A stretch of 64,000 nucleotides of DNA, taken from contig ML002227.1 of NCBI GenBank assembly GCA_003614675.1, positions 1-64,000 on the forward strand, given 5' to 3'. Positions 50,145-60,821 of the stretch are shown one piece after another. This stretch comes from Dimargaris cristalligena. Lineage: Eukaryota. Position 1 is the first letter of the stretch. Each line of letters opens with the position of its first letter. Made by a program: the position numbers and the translations under genes. A model generated the notes under the pieces. That model saw only the letters and a list, made by a program, of their open reading frames with translations, made no database searches and was not told the origin of the DNA.

Positions 50145-53100
50145 TTAGTGTCGACGGGGGCCATGGCTGTTCTTCATGTTCAGGTGGTCCGAGTTTTGAC
50201 GACTATGGGAACTGCTAATGCGGGACTGTGAGAAAAGACTTGAGCGCAGCTCAGAGTGGAATTCATCCAAATCCATGGGGATATCTAGGGAAAAATGGAA
50301 GATTTGCCGAGTACGACGGGTTTTCCAGATTCGATTCCAATTGCCAGTGGTGGCCGTTGGTTGGTTGGCCTGTTGGTCCAATAATTGGTCGCAGAGCCGT
50401 TTGCCGAATCGATAGTGGCGCAATGCCGGTCGGGTAGGTCGGGCCAAGCGAGCGACGGGGGGAGGTGTCGGGGCCGGAACACTGTGTTTAGGGATGGGAC
50501 TAGACGCAGAGTTAGGCCGCGACCACCAGGATGATAGCGATGACCAGGCGCCCGTGGATTTTCCTGAAGGAGGGGGGCGAGGGGGTAGGGGTGGACGAGC
50601 AGCGGCCGCCGCAGTCGGAGGGGCCAATTTCGCATCAAGGCCATTCAGTAGATCACCGGGTATTAAACCACGAAGCCGAGTTTGGACATTCTTGGGCAGT
50701 TCCTCAGATGCTTCCAGTTTAAGCGGGGCGGGGCTGCCACTGGCAGGCGTCCGACCATGGCTATCCTCGCTAAAACTGAAGGCCATAAAAGACTCGAATC
50801 CAGAGAATTCATCATCGCCCCAGCTGGGCGGTTGGGAGAGCTCTCTAGAGGGGGTTCCACTACCGGAGGAGTGAACAACCGCCGAGAAGGGGGGCCGGTG
50901 CTCGGCCCACTGGGCAACGAGCATCGCATTGTACGACTCGTCGCGTGCCATTTCAGACCATGCGCCTAGGGAAATAGTACTTAGGCGATCGGGGGCGTAT
51001 TGCGAAAAGGGCTGAGGCGGTACTAGGCCAGAGGGGTGAGCCGCTGGACGACTTCCAACCACAGGGGATGAAGTGGGCATGCCAATCATTGTAGGGCGAG
51101 ATTGGCGTAGCAACGGTTCGACCACTTCGGGCATAGATGGCGGCATGTGGGGGAACGGGACTCTGTCCACTGGGGCATTTTCGGTGTATGCCTTGTGCGG
51201 CGGCAGATAATCGGCGGTTAGGTTCTTGTCGGACGGAACGGCAAACGTTAGGCCAGGGGACTGTTCCTGGGACCACCGCAGGGGCTCTGTCAACTGGTTA
51301 GCGGTAGGCGGGTAATGCGAGTCGAGCTCCCGAACTACCACTGAGTCCGGGGGAGATGCAAAGGCAACTGGAGTATCCCCGGCTATTGGGTGGGCCATTC
51401 GCTCGGAACTCAACTTAGCACCCCCCCGGTCGTCTGAGCGGCGTGGGGTGGGCAATTGAGTGACGGTTGAGGAACCAACTAATGACACCCGGTCTGCGCG
51501 AACGGGCGGCGGCACTGGTCGGGTTGAGGGTAAGTAGTCTGATTTGGCGGGTGGAGTGACAGATGTGGCATTCGATGCTAATACGCGGTGCCCTTGCAAC
51601 TCAACTGCCCGGACAGGAGTAGATGTCAAAATCTCGGGAGAAGATATTTGCTGCTGCGGAAGGCGTGGTCGAGAAGAATTCGCGGTTTTGGGAGCTCTAC
51701 TCGAGGGGGCGGGGGAGGAGCCATATTCCGGAGGTAAATGCGGCCAAGTGGATACGGGGTGGTCGGCAATCATAGCAGGTCCTACGGGACGACGGTCCAA
51801 TTCTGGATTAGTGGGTGACAAGTCGCGCTGTGGATAAGTTGCCGTTTGAGCCAGAGTGGACTGCTCCCGCTCTGCTGCTTGAAGCGTGGTTGGCCCGACG
51901 GATAAATGATTGGTAGAAACTAGGCTATGTTCGAGGGGAGAAGTAGGTCGAGGTAAGGCTATTGGGACCGGTTCAGTGGGCGGTGCCCACTGAGAGACCG
52001 TAGTGGCCACCATTACTGGCGAAGGTTGATGCTCAGTCGGACTGACTGAACGGGGTGGAGTGGGTTGCTCTAGAGCAGCTATGGCTGCTGATGCTGGAAC
52101 AATCGGGCTCGCCACTTTAGGCCGGGATTCGCTTTCGGTTGGGGACGCAGGTTGGACGAAGGCAGCCTGCCCCGTAACATTAGCTGGTGCCGTGGGAGAA
52201 TCGCCGCATGCTTGAGTCACCGATGATGAGCTATACCTGGCCTGACCAGTAGAGGCTGATAGGTGTAAGGGGGACCCATTTATTGAAGAGTGGGTTCGTG
52301 GGGGTGCAGCTGGCGACTGCCGCGCCGACTGGGCTGGATCTGCCTTGAGTTGACCCAAGTTGGAATACACAAGTGGGGATTGGATAGGTGCCATGGTATA
52401 AGAACCCTGCCGAAGTGGGGCCGCCACCGATACTATAGCGGCTTGGCCAATCTCTTCGTCGTCGGAGCTTAGTGGGTCAAGGTCCGAGGCGGGGGCGGAT
52501 TCTGACGACAGGGACGATGAATGGGTATCGGCTGGGAAGGGGACTGGAGTCCCCGACGGGCTTGGCACAAGTAAAGTGGGAGGCGGTTCAGGACTAGAGG
52601 ATGGCCGTACGGGATCGGGACGGGGGGACCCACCGGATCGGATAATAGCGGGGGTTGGCGAGGCGGGGACCATCAAATGACCCTCACGACCGAAAGGTTT
52701 CGCAAACGGACTAAGGTGGGTGGCGGGGCCGAATTCCCGTGAGTATCGGGCGCTAATGTGGCTCTGTATAGAACTCTGACTATTTCTTCTCGACGCGGAC
52801 AGAATACTGGCAAAAGATTGGGCCGACAAACGTAGCGCTTGGGCTTTTTGTACGCCCACGACGCGCTCTTCGCTGACCCGGTTCTCGATAAAAGACGTTG
52901 AATGGCCTGTGACTATTTCGAAGTCGAATTCATCATCATCATCTACACCATCTTCCTCATCCTCTTGCTCGTCTTCCGAATGATGGTCCTTGGCCCTTGG
53001 AAGGTCTTCATCCGTATCATTGTAGTTCCCCTTATCCTGTTCAGGGTCTACGTCGTCATCGGCGATTGAAGGGTCGGATAAGTTCCTTGATACAGTCTTT

Positions 53101-56100
53101 GGCTCAAACTCGGCCCGATGATGGGTATCTTGGGGCACATCATCCAAGGAGCGATCGGATAGAAAGTAGGGGTCTGCAGCCGAATCCATATAGTCCATGG
53201 AAGGGCGATACATACCCCCTGCCCGTTCGTAGGCATAGTTCTCCGCGTCAACATCCAATGAAAAAGAGCTGGCCGGAGGAAGTTCAGGTCGGGCGCACTG
53301 AAGGGGCCGCTCGGGATAGCCGAGTTCAGTCATGAGACCGAGCTGCTCCGGGGTGAAATCAGGCGATAGATCGAGAGAGGAAATGGAACAAGTGTGGATA
53401 TACGAGTAGGTTGACCGTAGGGAGTGGAAGGAGGGTCGGGTGACAAGGGGGATGGTTGGGGCCGTCGTTAAATACTGGGTAGTGGATACCTCCTCTCCCA
53501 TGCCATTCTGGGCCGTGGGAGTGAAGATGGGGCTGGCCTCTTCCTGTGACGAACCCTCAATGATGGGACAGAGCCCGCTTTTCAAATCAGTCGAAAATAT
53601 CCGTTTCCGGTTGGGCTTGAACTCTGACTCGGGTTGCCAGGGGGCTTGCGAATCAATAGCGGCCGATTGATTCGAATGGGCCGATAAATTATTCAGTGGA
53701 GTCACCGAGGTAGCACAGGGCAGGTCGTCGGACTGCGAATAACTAGTCTCGGGCTGCAGTTGGGTATTACCATTTTGGGCGGGACCATCGATGGCCTTTA
53801 GTAAGGGGGCGGGGCTGTGTCTCAGTGAAGGTGAATAATGGCCAGTGGCAATCCAGTGTTCCACGGGTGAGGTGCCATAGGAACGGGATAAACTGGTGGG
53901 GGGAAGGATAGATTCAATTTGCTCATTAGGGGAGGTACCTCGAGGCAGCGGGAACGGGTGTGTTTTTTCGGACTCCGAAGCGAGCGAGAGCGAGGGGATT
54001 CCTTTTGGGTGCGGAGAAGGGCTGCGCTCGCGGCAGTCTTCATTCACGATAGAGGGGGGTGATGCAAGACTGGATTGGCTGGTCTCGGCATACGTCACCA
54101 CGGGTACGGGCAGCGATTGATCATTGTACTGGTGGTCTGGAATAAAATTATCAGGGGAACCGACTTGCTTAATCGGTGATGAAGTGGAGGTATGGTCACC
54201 TGGTGAAGCCTGGCCATCCTTCCCGGGCAAAAAAGAAGGCTGGGGTCCTTCAGATTTGATGGACTGGTTTAGAGAATCGGTGGACTCTCTGCGCATCTGA
54301 AACACGGACAATTGTGGGGGAGTCATGGGGCTAGACCGGTTGGGCACTCCGCGGACAGGAGCGGATAGCTCGGGCGAATCACGTGGAACCACTTGCTGGG
54401 TAAGCGGTAAAGGGGCCAAGTTATCGTTACGAGGCACATCCTTGGACTCAATCGGGGTAGGGACTGGTGCTACCGCATTCCTGAAGGACAGTTGCTTGGC
54501 TGATAGAGGTGTGCCAATTTGATGAGGCTTGGCAAATGTCTCTGATATGGCTTGAGGCCGTTGGTAATTAGCCCGGATAGCGGAAACAGTGGTAGGGACA
54601 GGGACGCTCTGAGATCGATCAGAAGTACCGGCTGTACCAGATGAGGCGGGTGGGAAACGATTTAATAGTTTGCCCGGCTGGGGCTTCCGAGTTGACATTA
54701 AATCGACGACCTCCTGATGCGCCATAAGATCTGCCATGAGTTGATCAATCTTGGATCTCGAACTGGCCGGGGCCTGGGACTGGCCGGAACGTGAAGTCTC
54801 CGGTTTATCAGAGGGGGCCGCCGGCTGCGCTGAAGTGGACACTGGTGGCGAAGCTGAGCCTAAGGCTGAGGCTGGTGAGGTCAGCTTGGTTGACGACTGG
54901 CTTGCGATGAAAGCACTACCAGGTTCCGAGACCGAGGGAGAAGCATTCGTGATGGGCACAGTAGCAGATGGTGGTGACGCCATTGACTTTCTAATGTCAA
55001 TAAATGGTGCCGGTTCAGTATGAGAGAAGGCCAAGGGAGTAGCATTCGCGATAGGGACAGCAGTAGGTGGTGGTGATGCCGTCGACTCGGTATTGTCAAT
55101 AAATGGTACAGACCCAGTGCGAGGGGAGGCCAACGGAGTAGCACTCGAGATGGGGACAGCAGGAGGTGGTGGTGAGGCCGTCGACTTGCCATTGCCATTA
55201 AATGATACCGACTCGGTGCGAGGGGAGGTCAATAGAGTAGCATTCGTAGTGGGGGCAGTAGCAGGTGGTGGCGACGCCATTGGCTTGGTATTGTCAATAA
55301 ATGGCACCGACTCAGTGCGAGGGGTGGCCAATTCCAGTGGCACATGCGGGGGCGAGCAGGCTACTGAGTAAATGGACACCTCAGGGGCAACCACAAGTGG
55401 GCCGGGTGACACTGAAGAAAATGCGGTGATCCTAGGCGGAGAAACCGACTGGTAGGGCAAACCCGGTGATACTGACGGTGAGGGAGCCTCAGCGGCCCTG
55501 GCCACGGGTTTGGGGGAAGCTGGATCTACCGACGAATAAGTAGGAGGCACAAAGGAGTCGTCGCGTAGTTCGTTTGCAACAGAAGCGAAATCTGAGACCG
55601 TCGGTGGCGACCTCGAGAGGGAGGGCAGAGCCGGGGACAACCGGGGTGAAGATATCTGGACAACTTCAAGCACTGGCTCGCAAACGACAGGGGATGTAAT
55701 GACCTCGACTGGAGATGGGACACCGCGGGCCGGCACGGTCAAAGTTGGCGACGGTGGAGTTGACTTTGTAAGTTCCGATGATGATCTCGATGTGGTAGAC
55801 GTTAGGTCTGATTCGACCAGAGGTGAAGCAATACGAAGGGGTACAGTGGGCGACTGTGGCGGTGAAACCGACCCCACCGTGCTAATTAAGGACTTTGGTG
55901 TAGTGGACGAAGGAGCTTGATCGCCCGATGTAATAGGGCTGACGGGCGGTGAAGATACCGACCGATTCAACTCAGTCGTGGGCTCGGATGTGAAGGTGTG
56001 TATAACCGGGCTCACTCGTGGGGGCATGTCATGAGACGACTGAATCGGTAATAGCGGCGGTGACAATGCCCGGATGACATCGGTGAAAAGGCCAGGTGCA

Positions 56101-59100
56101 ACGGACGGGGAAGGTGATCTTGTAGACACGGCCAATGGAGAGGTGGTAAGTACGGGTGCAAAATCCAGGGGAGAGGACAAGGTCGGAGAGTACAATTTGA
56201 CAATATCCGCGATTTTTTTAGGCGACGGAGACCGGGACTGGTTCAGCCTACTTAGCGATCCCGACATTAGCGGTGCGGGGGATGTGGCAACTGGAGGGTG
56301 TTCTGTTGAGCCGCGGAGCAGGGGAGTAGTGGCAATGGGCATCGATCGGGGCTGATCCAGGGAAGCCGATTTAGGTGCAACTTCTGCCGACAAAAAGTTA
56401 CGCTCCGTGGGGGATAGTGAGCGGGTGGATACAGGCGAGCCACCTAACTTCGCCATCTCGAGGCTGAGTTCGGACTCGAGGGTTTCTAATAAAAGTTGGG
56501 CGGACTTAGGGCTAGCTTGAGGGGAAGTGTTCGTCGCCTGGGTGGTCGGCAGTGGGCTAGTAATGGATTGGGAGCTATTGCGGCTGGACCGTCCCGGGGA
56601 AGGGACGTGGTTATGGTTGGGTACCAACGCCTGAGTCCTCGTTGGGGTAACTGGGGTGGAAGTGCCCGAATCCCGAGACTTGAGAATGGCGGCCATATCG
56701 GTAATAGCCGATAAGTCAGTCGCTTTACCATGGGTGGTGAAGGTCATAGCCGCCTCCACCTTGGGTGGGTTTTTACCCATTGCGGAAGAATAAGGATTGA
56801 TAACAGTAGTGGGGGCTATGGAGGAGCGGGCCGACGCCGGTTTGACCCCTAAATCATGTTGATCAATATCGGGGGATCTACTAGGGGTTGGGGTGGCAGA
56901 CGACGAGCGAGGACCAACAAAGATCTTAGCGCCTATTGGGCGGCGCCCACTCGGAGCTGACCGCGGGTAGGGTGCCCGAATTTGCCGGAAGTGGACGGGG
57001 ATTTCAAGAGGAATATAGTCTTCTAGAATAGGATCACTGGTCGAAATCGGGACCGGTGAGTGGAGGGTAGGGCCTTTTTTAGGTGGCAACGGCCCGGGCA
57101 TAGTTGTAAGAATAGTAGGCTTATCAGCCCCACATTTACTAGCTAAGTTAGTCGAGTGGGAAGGAGGTGGGCCGGATAACCCCAACTCGCTAAGCAATCT
57201 AGCTCCGACGCTAGGACTTACTTCCCCGCTGCTGGCTACTTGCTCATTGAGCTGGCGCTCAATATCCAGCAGAATGGAGTCCACCTGGCGTTCATGAGCA
57301 ATAAGACTAGGGGAGCGGGGAGGTTCAACTTGAGGTTTCATGGGGGAGGCTACCGAAGGTGAAGTGGCCGCTCCTGAGGAACGGCTGGTTCTGGACGATT
57401 TATTCGACTGCGAGTCCGACTGGTGGTGGCCAGAGTGCGCACGAGACCGAACATGATCATTCAATAAGGCGTCAAGAGCATTCGCAATATCAGCGGGGTC
57501 TTCGGCAAGCGGAGGAGACTGGACAGGCTCCTTGGGGGCCAGTGATGAATGAGTGACGGGCTGATCTGACCCAACAACGACAATCGGCGTTTGACCCACG
57601 TGCGGCCGCACTGATGATACATCATCGGCGGGCAAGAAATCGGGTGATGAACGAGTGGATCGACTTGGGTCAGGAAGCCCTCCATAGGGTGAAGTATCGT
57701 CGTGCAGTAGAGTCGGCACGATCGGAGTCGAATAATCATAGTAATTGGCCTCAAAGTTATTGGGATCCTCCATTTGGGGCAGGGCCGAAAGAGAGTAGTT
57801 CATTGAGAACAACTGCTGATCCAGATCCGCGATTTCTTGGGCGATTTCCGCGCTACTCTTGATGACAGGCGAGGTGTATCCGGAGCCGTAAGAATACTCG
57901 GATGTAAAAGTAGAGGTGGATTTACGGGGGGTAGACTGGATCGGATTATCCCGGGGAGCCAAGCCCACAGCCGATGACGCACTCGCGCGCTGAGAGCGAT
58001 TGGGGTGGGTATCAGGCGGGGGGAAATTAAGGAAAGTGGGGTCCGAGAGGCGGTAGATGTGATTGTCCAGAACGTACGAAGTATCGGGCTGAGTCGGTGA
58101 TTGTGCAGCAACCATAGATGTTATGTTACCCTGATCCATCGAATCCATGGAGGGGGACGAGTGTTCGCGTGGGGTAGGGGGAAGGGGGGATAGTATCAGG
58201 GGGGTCGTTAACGCAAGACCCTGCGTTGGGGTGGCTACAGGGGATAATGAAATCGGTCTGTAGGTAGATATGCCAGGAGACTGAGGTTGAGAAGCGTGAG
58301 TGAAAGCCGGGGAGGGGGAAGATATATCAATATCATCAGCAAAGAGGGGCGGCGAACCGACTGACCGCAGAAGCTGTTCAGAGGAGCGGGGGGAAAGGGG
58401 TGGGGGATGGCCCCAATTGCCCCCTGGATCAGCCGTAGAAGCAGGCAGATGAAGATCAAAGGAATGGCCCGCCGACTGGGATTTTGCCACGGGTGTGGGG
58501 GACTCGGGGACCAGAGGAAGGGAGGTCACTACAGATCCTGCGCCGGTAGGTAGAATCACCGAAAATCGATTAGCCAGAGGATCCGACGACCGCCGGGATG
58601 AAAAGGCATCGAAACTAATACCCTTCTCCTCCAATACGTCACTGAGCACCGAATTGCTGGGGAGGGAAGTCCGTGACGATGGTGGAGACCGGTGGCCGAA
58701 TGATGACCCTACGCCAAAACTGATATCTGATGAATAGCTCGCGTTATAGGAATCGCGTGAATCGCGCTGGCGCCGGGACAGCGAGCGCAGCAATTCGTTG
58801 GATGCCCGCTTGGAGTTCTCGGCGGCGTGCTGGCGCTGAACGTGCTTCAGAACCATATGGGGATGGGTCGACGCAGTATCGGAATTCTCGGACATCATCG
58901 ATTCCGAATGGGGAGAGGGTTCGGCCGGCGTGTGGGCGTGTCCCGATGATATACGATTGGGAGATATGCTGGACTGGACCACACTGTCCGTGGCCTGAAA
59001 CGGGGAAATGGGCAGCTGGGCGGAGACGGGGTGCGGCGGGGCCGACTTCTCCGGATCGGCCGGGCCCAGTCCGGCGGTATGGGGACGGGAAAAGGGGCCC

Positions 59101-60821
59101 GACTGGTATCCAGGTCGCACGGGTGGTGGTCCCCCCGTTTTCGGAAGACGGGGCGAGGCCAGATTGGCTATAGATTCGGCCGACGGTATGGTGGTTAGAG
59201 GCTCAGGTCGCGCGGATACCCTTGCCAGAACGGGGCCAGTTGTAAAGAAGGTCGGACGCTCTTGGAAACTGCAATCATCCGTGGACTTTCTGGACGCAAT
59301 AGGTGAGGTCGAGGCCGATACGGATGGTTTCCGAGATGGCTGGGGAACCATAGGGGAGGCCGGGAGGGGAGCCAGAACAGCGGCGGGTAGTGGAGCACTC
59401 TGGGCCAATGGGGGGTCTGTAGGCGACAGATCAGGGGTGTCAGCGACGGTGAAATTACGAACACTTAGTTTTTTGAGTTGGCCATCCAATGGGAGTCTGG
59501 GGGTGCCAGGCTGGGATTGGAACCATCCGGTGGGTACATCGATGGGGGATATAGAAAAAGGCAGCTGGGGCTCCTCAAGATTGAGGGGTGGGTATGTAGG
59601 CCCATTTCCTTCGGTATAGCTGCGGTGGTATACAGGCGATAATGGACCGGTTCGGGTTAGATTAACGGTGATTGCGCCGGTGGGGTCAATTTCCAAAGGC
59701 CGCGTAGGGGGGACTTTACCGTCCTTGTGTGGGACCAGGGGAGATTTAGGTGGCAATTGGCCGGATAGTGGGTCGTCCGTACCCGTCCCAACATTGGGGC
59801 CGACACTGTTAGACTGACGGGGTTTGGGCTGGCCGAGGATGGTCTTGGAGGGGCGAATTAATTTGGATTGGATAGAATTAAAAAGGCTTGTACCAGGGGC
59901 AATGGGTATGGGCCTAGGCTTGGTGGTGGTGGCGGCCGTGGTGGTGGGCGACGAAGTAGGGGAGGTCGCAACCACTGGTGGGGACAGTGGTTCTTCCTGG
60001 TTAGTAGTAGCGATGGGTGCCGCAACAGCAGGGGTAGCCAATGATGGATCAAAGTTAGAGGGACTATCGAGAGAGGCTGTGGCGGGGATGGAAACCCGGC
60101 CCTGTGGGGAGGACTCGCGACTCCTCGGGAGGCGGTTATTGGGGGCCGATGAGGCCAAGATTGGAGTGCAGCCAGCCGCTAGTGAGATGGGAGAGGGGAT
60201 TGGACTGGGTTTGGGCAGGGGACCAGTAGTGGTATTTTCCAAAGGCTCACTGAGTCTCGCACCAGGAGGACCAGGAGGGAAAATACCGGGGACAGGACCC
60301 TCGGAAAGGGGGTGCGATGGAGGCGGCGGGGGCGGCGGGGGCGGGGGGGTATTCAAGGGGGGTGAGTGGAAGGGGGACTGCCGCGCGGGAGCGGATGTTG
60401 ATGCAGCGAACGGCGGCGGAGCGTTATCCACAATGTCCTCTAATTCCCGGTTCGACAGGGGCACGTCCAGGGAAAAAATGGAACCCTGGTCATCGTCACC
60501 TTCGTCGAGGTCGCTGCCGGAGTAATCGGCGGATATTTTAAGCAGGCGTTTCCGACGGGCCCGCTTGCCTAGGGCGCCCCTTATGCGTTTCATTTCGTCC
60601 ATGACTTCATCGTACTTTTTAACCACCTCCTCGGGCACCAGGGGGTTGGCGTTCACGGGGATATCCTCCTCGATTTCAATTTCGATTTCCCGCGAGAGCG
60701 AGGGTTTGGATGGGAGCGGCCGGGAGGCGGACATGGTCGGCCTGGCGAATGGGGATTGGTTGGGAGCGGTCGAGCGGGAGGGCAGAACCGGAGACGACGG
60801 TTTGCCGGTCGGAATGACCAT
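50145..60821 (-). CDS. Giant intronless Pro/Ser/Thr-rich, probably disordered protein (~3558 aa from first ATG)
   Basis: 10.7-kb stop-free frame; first ATG at 60821 (track starts at GTG 60839); abundant SP/TP and PxxP motifs, short helical N-terminal island, acidic tract; no recognised globular domain. Confidence 0.85.
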   Translation of the reverse strand: MVIPTGKPSSPVLPSRSTAPNQSPFARPTMSASRPLPSKPSLSREIEIEIEEDIPVNANPLVPEEVVKKYDEVMDEMKRIRGALGKRARRKRLLKISADYSGSDLDEGDDDQGSIFSLDVPLSNRELEDIVDNAPPPFAASTSAPARQSPFHSPPLNTPPPPPPPPPPSHPLSEGPVPGIFPPGPPGARLSEPLENTTTGPLPKPSPIPSPISLAAGCTPILASSAPNNRLPRSRESSPQGRVSIPATASLDSPSNFDPSLATPAVAAPIATTNQEEPLSPPVVATSPTSSPTTTAATTTKPRPIPIAPGTSLFNSIQSKLIRPSKTILGQPKPRQSNSVGPNVGTGTDDPLSGQLPPKSPLVPHKDGKVPPTRPLEIDPTGAITVNLTRTGPLSPVYHRSYTEGNGPTYPPLNLEEPQLPFSISPIDVPTGWFQSQPGTPRLPLDGQLKKLSVRNFTVADTPDLSPTDPPLAQSAPLPAAVLAPLPASPMVPQPSRKPSVSASTSPIASRKSTDDCSFQERPTFFTTGPVLARVSARPEPLTTIPSAESIANLASPRLPKTGGPPPVRPGYQSGPFSRPHTAGLGPADPEKSAPPHPVSAQLPISPFQATDSVVQSSISPNRISSGHAHTPAEPSPHSESMMSENSDTASTHPHMVLKHVQRQHAAENSKRASNELLRSLSRRQRDSRDSYNASYSSDISFGVGSSFGHRSPPSSRTSLPSNSVLSDVLEEKGISFDAFSSRRSSDPLANRFSVILPTGAGSVVTSLPLVPESPTPVAKSQSAGHSFDLHLPASTADPGGNWGHPPPLSPRSSEQLLRSVGSPPLFADDIDISSPSPAFTHASQPQSPGISTYRPISLSPVATPTQGLALTTPLILSPLPPTPREHSSPSMDSMDQGNITSMVAAQSPTQPDTSYVLDNHIYRLSDPTFLNFPPPDTHPNRSQRASASSAVGLAPRDNPIQSTPRKSTSTFTSEYSYGSGYTSPVIKSSAEIAQEIADLDQQLFSMNYSLSALPQMEDPNNFEANYYDYSTPIVPTLLHDDTSPYGGLPDPSRSTRSSPDFLPADDVSSVRPHVGQTPIVVVGSDQPVTHSSLAPKEPVQSPPLAEDPADIANALDALLNDHVRSRAHSGHHQSDSQSNKSSRTSRSSGAATSPSVASPMKPQVEPPRSPSLIAHERQVDSILLDIERQLNEQVASSGEVSPSVGARLLSELGLSGPPPSHSTNLASKCGADKPTILTTMPGPLPPKKGPTLHSPVPISTSDPILEDYIPLEIPVHFRQIRAPYPRSAPSGRRPIGAKIFVGPRSSSATPTPSRSPDIDQHDLGVKPASARSSIAPTTVINPYSSAMGKNPPKVEAAMTFTTHGKATDLSAITDMAAILKSRDSGTSTPVTPTRTQALVPNHNHVPSPGRSSRNSSQSITSPLPTTQATNTSPQASPKSAQLLLETLESELSLEMAKLGGSPVSTRSLSPTERNFLSAEVAPKSASLDQPRSMPIATTPLLRGSTEHPPVATSPAPLMSGSLSRLNQSRSPSPKKIADIVKLYSPTLSSPLDFAPVLTTSPLAVSTRSPSPSVAPGLFTDVIRALSPPLLPIQSSHDMPPRVSPVIHTFTSEPTTELNRSVSSPPVSPITSGDQAPSSTTPKSLISTVGSVSPPQSPTVPLRIASPLVESDLTSTTSRSSSELTKSTPPSPTLTVPARGVPSPVEVITSPVVCEPVLEVVQISSPRLSPALPSLSRSPPTVSDFASVANELRDDSFVPPTYSSVDPASPKPVARAAEAPSPSVSPGLPYQSVSPPRITAFSSVSPGPLVVAPEVSIYSVACSPPHVPLELATPRTESVPFIDNTKPMASPPPATAPTTNATLLTSPRTESVSFNGNGKSTASPPPPAVPISSATPLASPRTGSVPFIDNTESTASPPPTAVPIANATPLAFSHTEPAPFIDIRKSMASPPSATVPITNASPSVSEPGSAFIASQSSTKLTSPASALGSASPPVSTSAQPAAPSDKPETSRSGQSQAPASSRSKIDQLMADLMAHQEVVDLMSTRKPQPGKLLNRFPPASSGTAGTSDRSQSVPVPTTVSAIRANYQRPQAISETFAKPHQIGTPLSAKQLSFRNAVAPVPTPIESKDVPRNDNLAPLPLTQQVVPRDSPELSAPVRGVPNRSSPMTPPQLSVFQMRRESTDSLNQSIKSEGPQPSFLPGKDGQASPGDHTSTSSPIKQVGSPDNFIPDHQYNDQSLPVPVVTYAETSQSSLASPPSIVNEDCRERSPSPHPKGIPSLSLASESEKTHPFPLPRGTSPNEQIESILPPTSLSRSYGTSPVEHWIATGHYSPSLRHSPAPLLKAIDGPAQNGNTQLQPETSYSQSDDLPCATSVTPLNNLSAHSNQSAAIDSQAPWQPESEFKPNRKRIFSTDLKSGLCPIIEGSSQEEASPIFTPTAQNGMGEEVSTTQYLTTAPTIPLVTRPSFHSLRSTYSYIHTCSISSLDLSPDFTPEQLGLMTELGYPERPLQCARPELPPASSFSLDVDAENYAYERAGGMYRPSMDYMDSAADPYFLSDRSLDDVPQDTHHRAEFEPKTVSRNLSDPSIADDDVDPEQDKGNYNDTDEDLPRAKDHHSEDEQEDEEDGVDDDDEFDFEIVTGHSTSFIENRVSEERVVGVQKAQALRLSAQSFASILSASRRNSQSSIQSHISARYSREFGPATHLSPFAKPFGREGHLMVPASPTPAIIRSGGSPRPDPVRPSSSPEPPPTLLVPSPSGTPVPFPADTHSSSLSSESAPASDLDPLSSDDEEIGQAAIVSVAAPLRQGSYTMAPIQSPLVYSNLGQLKADPAQSARQSPAAPPRTHSSINGSPLHLSASTGQARYSSSSVTQACGDSPTAPANVTGQAAFVQPASPTESESRPKVASPIVPASAAIAALEQPTPPRSVSPTEHQPSPVMVATTVSQWAPPTEPVPIALPRPTSPLEHSLVSTNHLSVGPTTLQAAEREQSTLAQTATYPQRDLSPTNPELDRRPVGPAMIADHPVSTWPHLPPEYGSSPAPSSRAPKTANSSRPRLPQQQISSPEILTSTPVRAVELQGHRVLASNATSVTPPAKSDYLPSTRPVPPPVRADRVSLVGSSTVTQLPTPRRSDDRGGAKLSSERMAHPIAGDTPVAFASPPDSVVVRELDSHYPPTANQLTEPLRWSQEQSPGLTFAVPSDKNLTADYLPPHKAYTENAPVDRVPFPHMPPSMPEVVEPLLRQSRPTMIGMPTSSPVVGSRPAAHPSGLVPPQPFSQYAPDRLSTISLGAWSEMARDESYNAMLVAQWAEHRPPFSAVVHSSGSGTPSRELSQPPSWGDDEFSGFESFMAFSFSEDSHGRTPASGSPAPLKLEASEELPKNVQTRLRGLIPGDLLNGLDAKLAPPTAAAAARPPLPPRPPPSGKSTGAWSSLSSWWSRPNSASSPIPKHSVPAPTPPPVARLARPTRPALRHYRFGKRLCDQLLDQQANQPTATTGNWNRIWKTRRTRQIFHFSLDIPMDLDEFHSELRSSLFSQSRISSSHSRQNSDHLNMKNSHGPRRH
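54937..55326 (-). repeat. Coding tandem repeat, ~4 x 99 bp (33 aa, consensus about SPRTESVPFIDNTKSTASPPPAAVPITNATPLA)
   Basis: GTCAATAAATGG recurs at 54996, 55095 and 55293 (spacing 99 and 198); four aligned 33-aa units in the translation. Confidence 0.9.

Noticed and set aside
50123..50158. 36-nt GT...CTAAG...CAG segment (minus strand) that would splice out the TAA in frame
   Set aside because: Donor GTCGAC is non-consensus, the length is far below other introns here (126 nt or more) and the branch point is too close to the donor.
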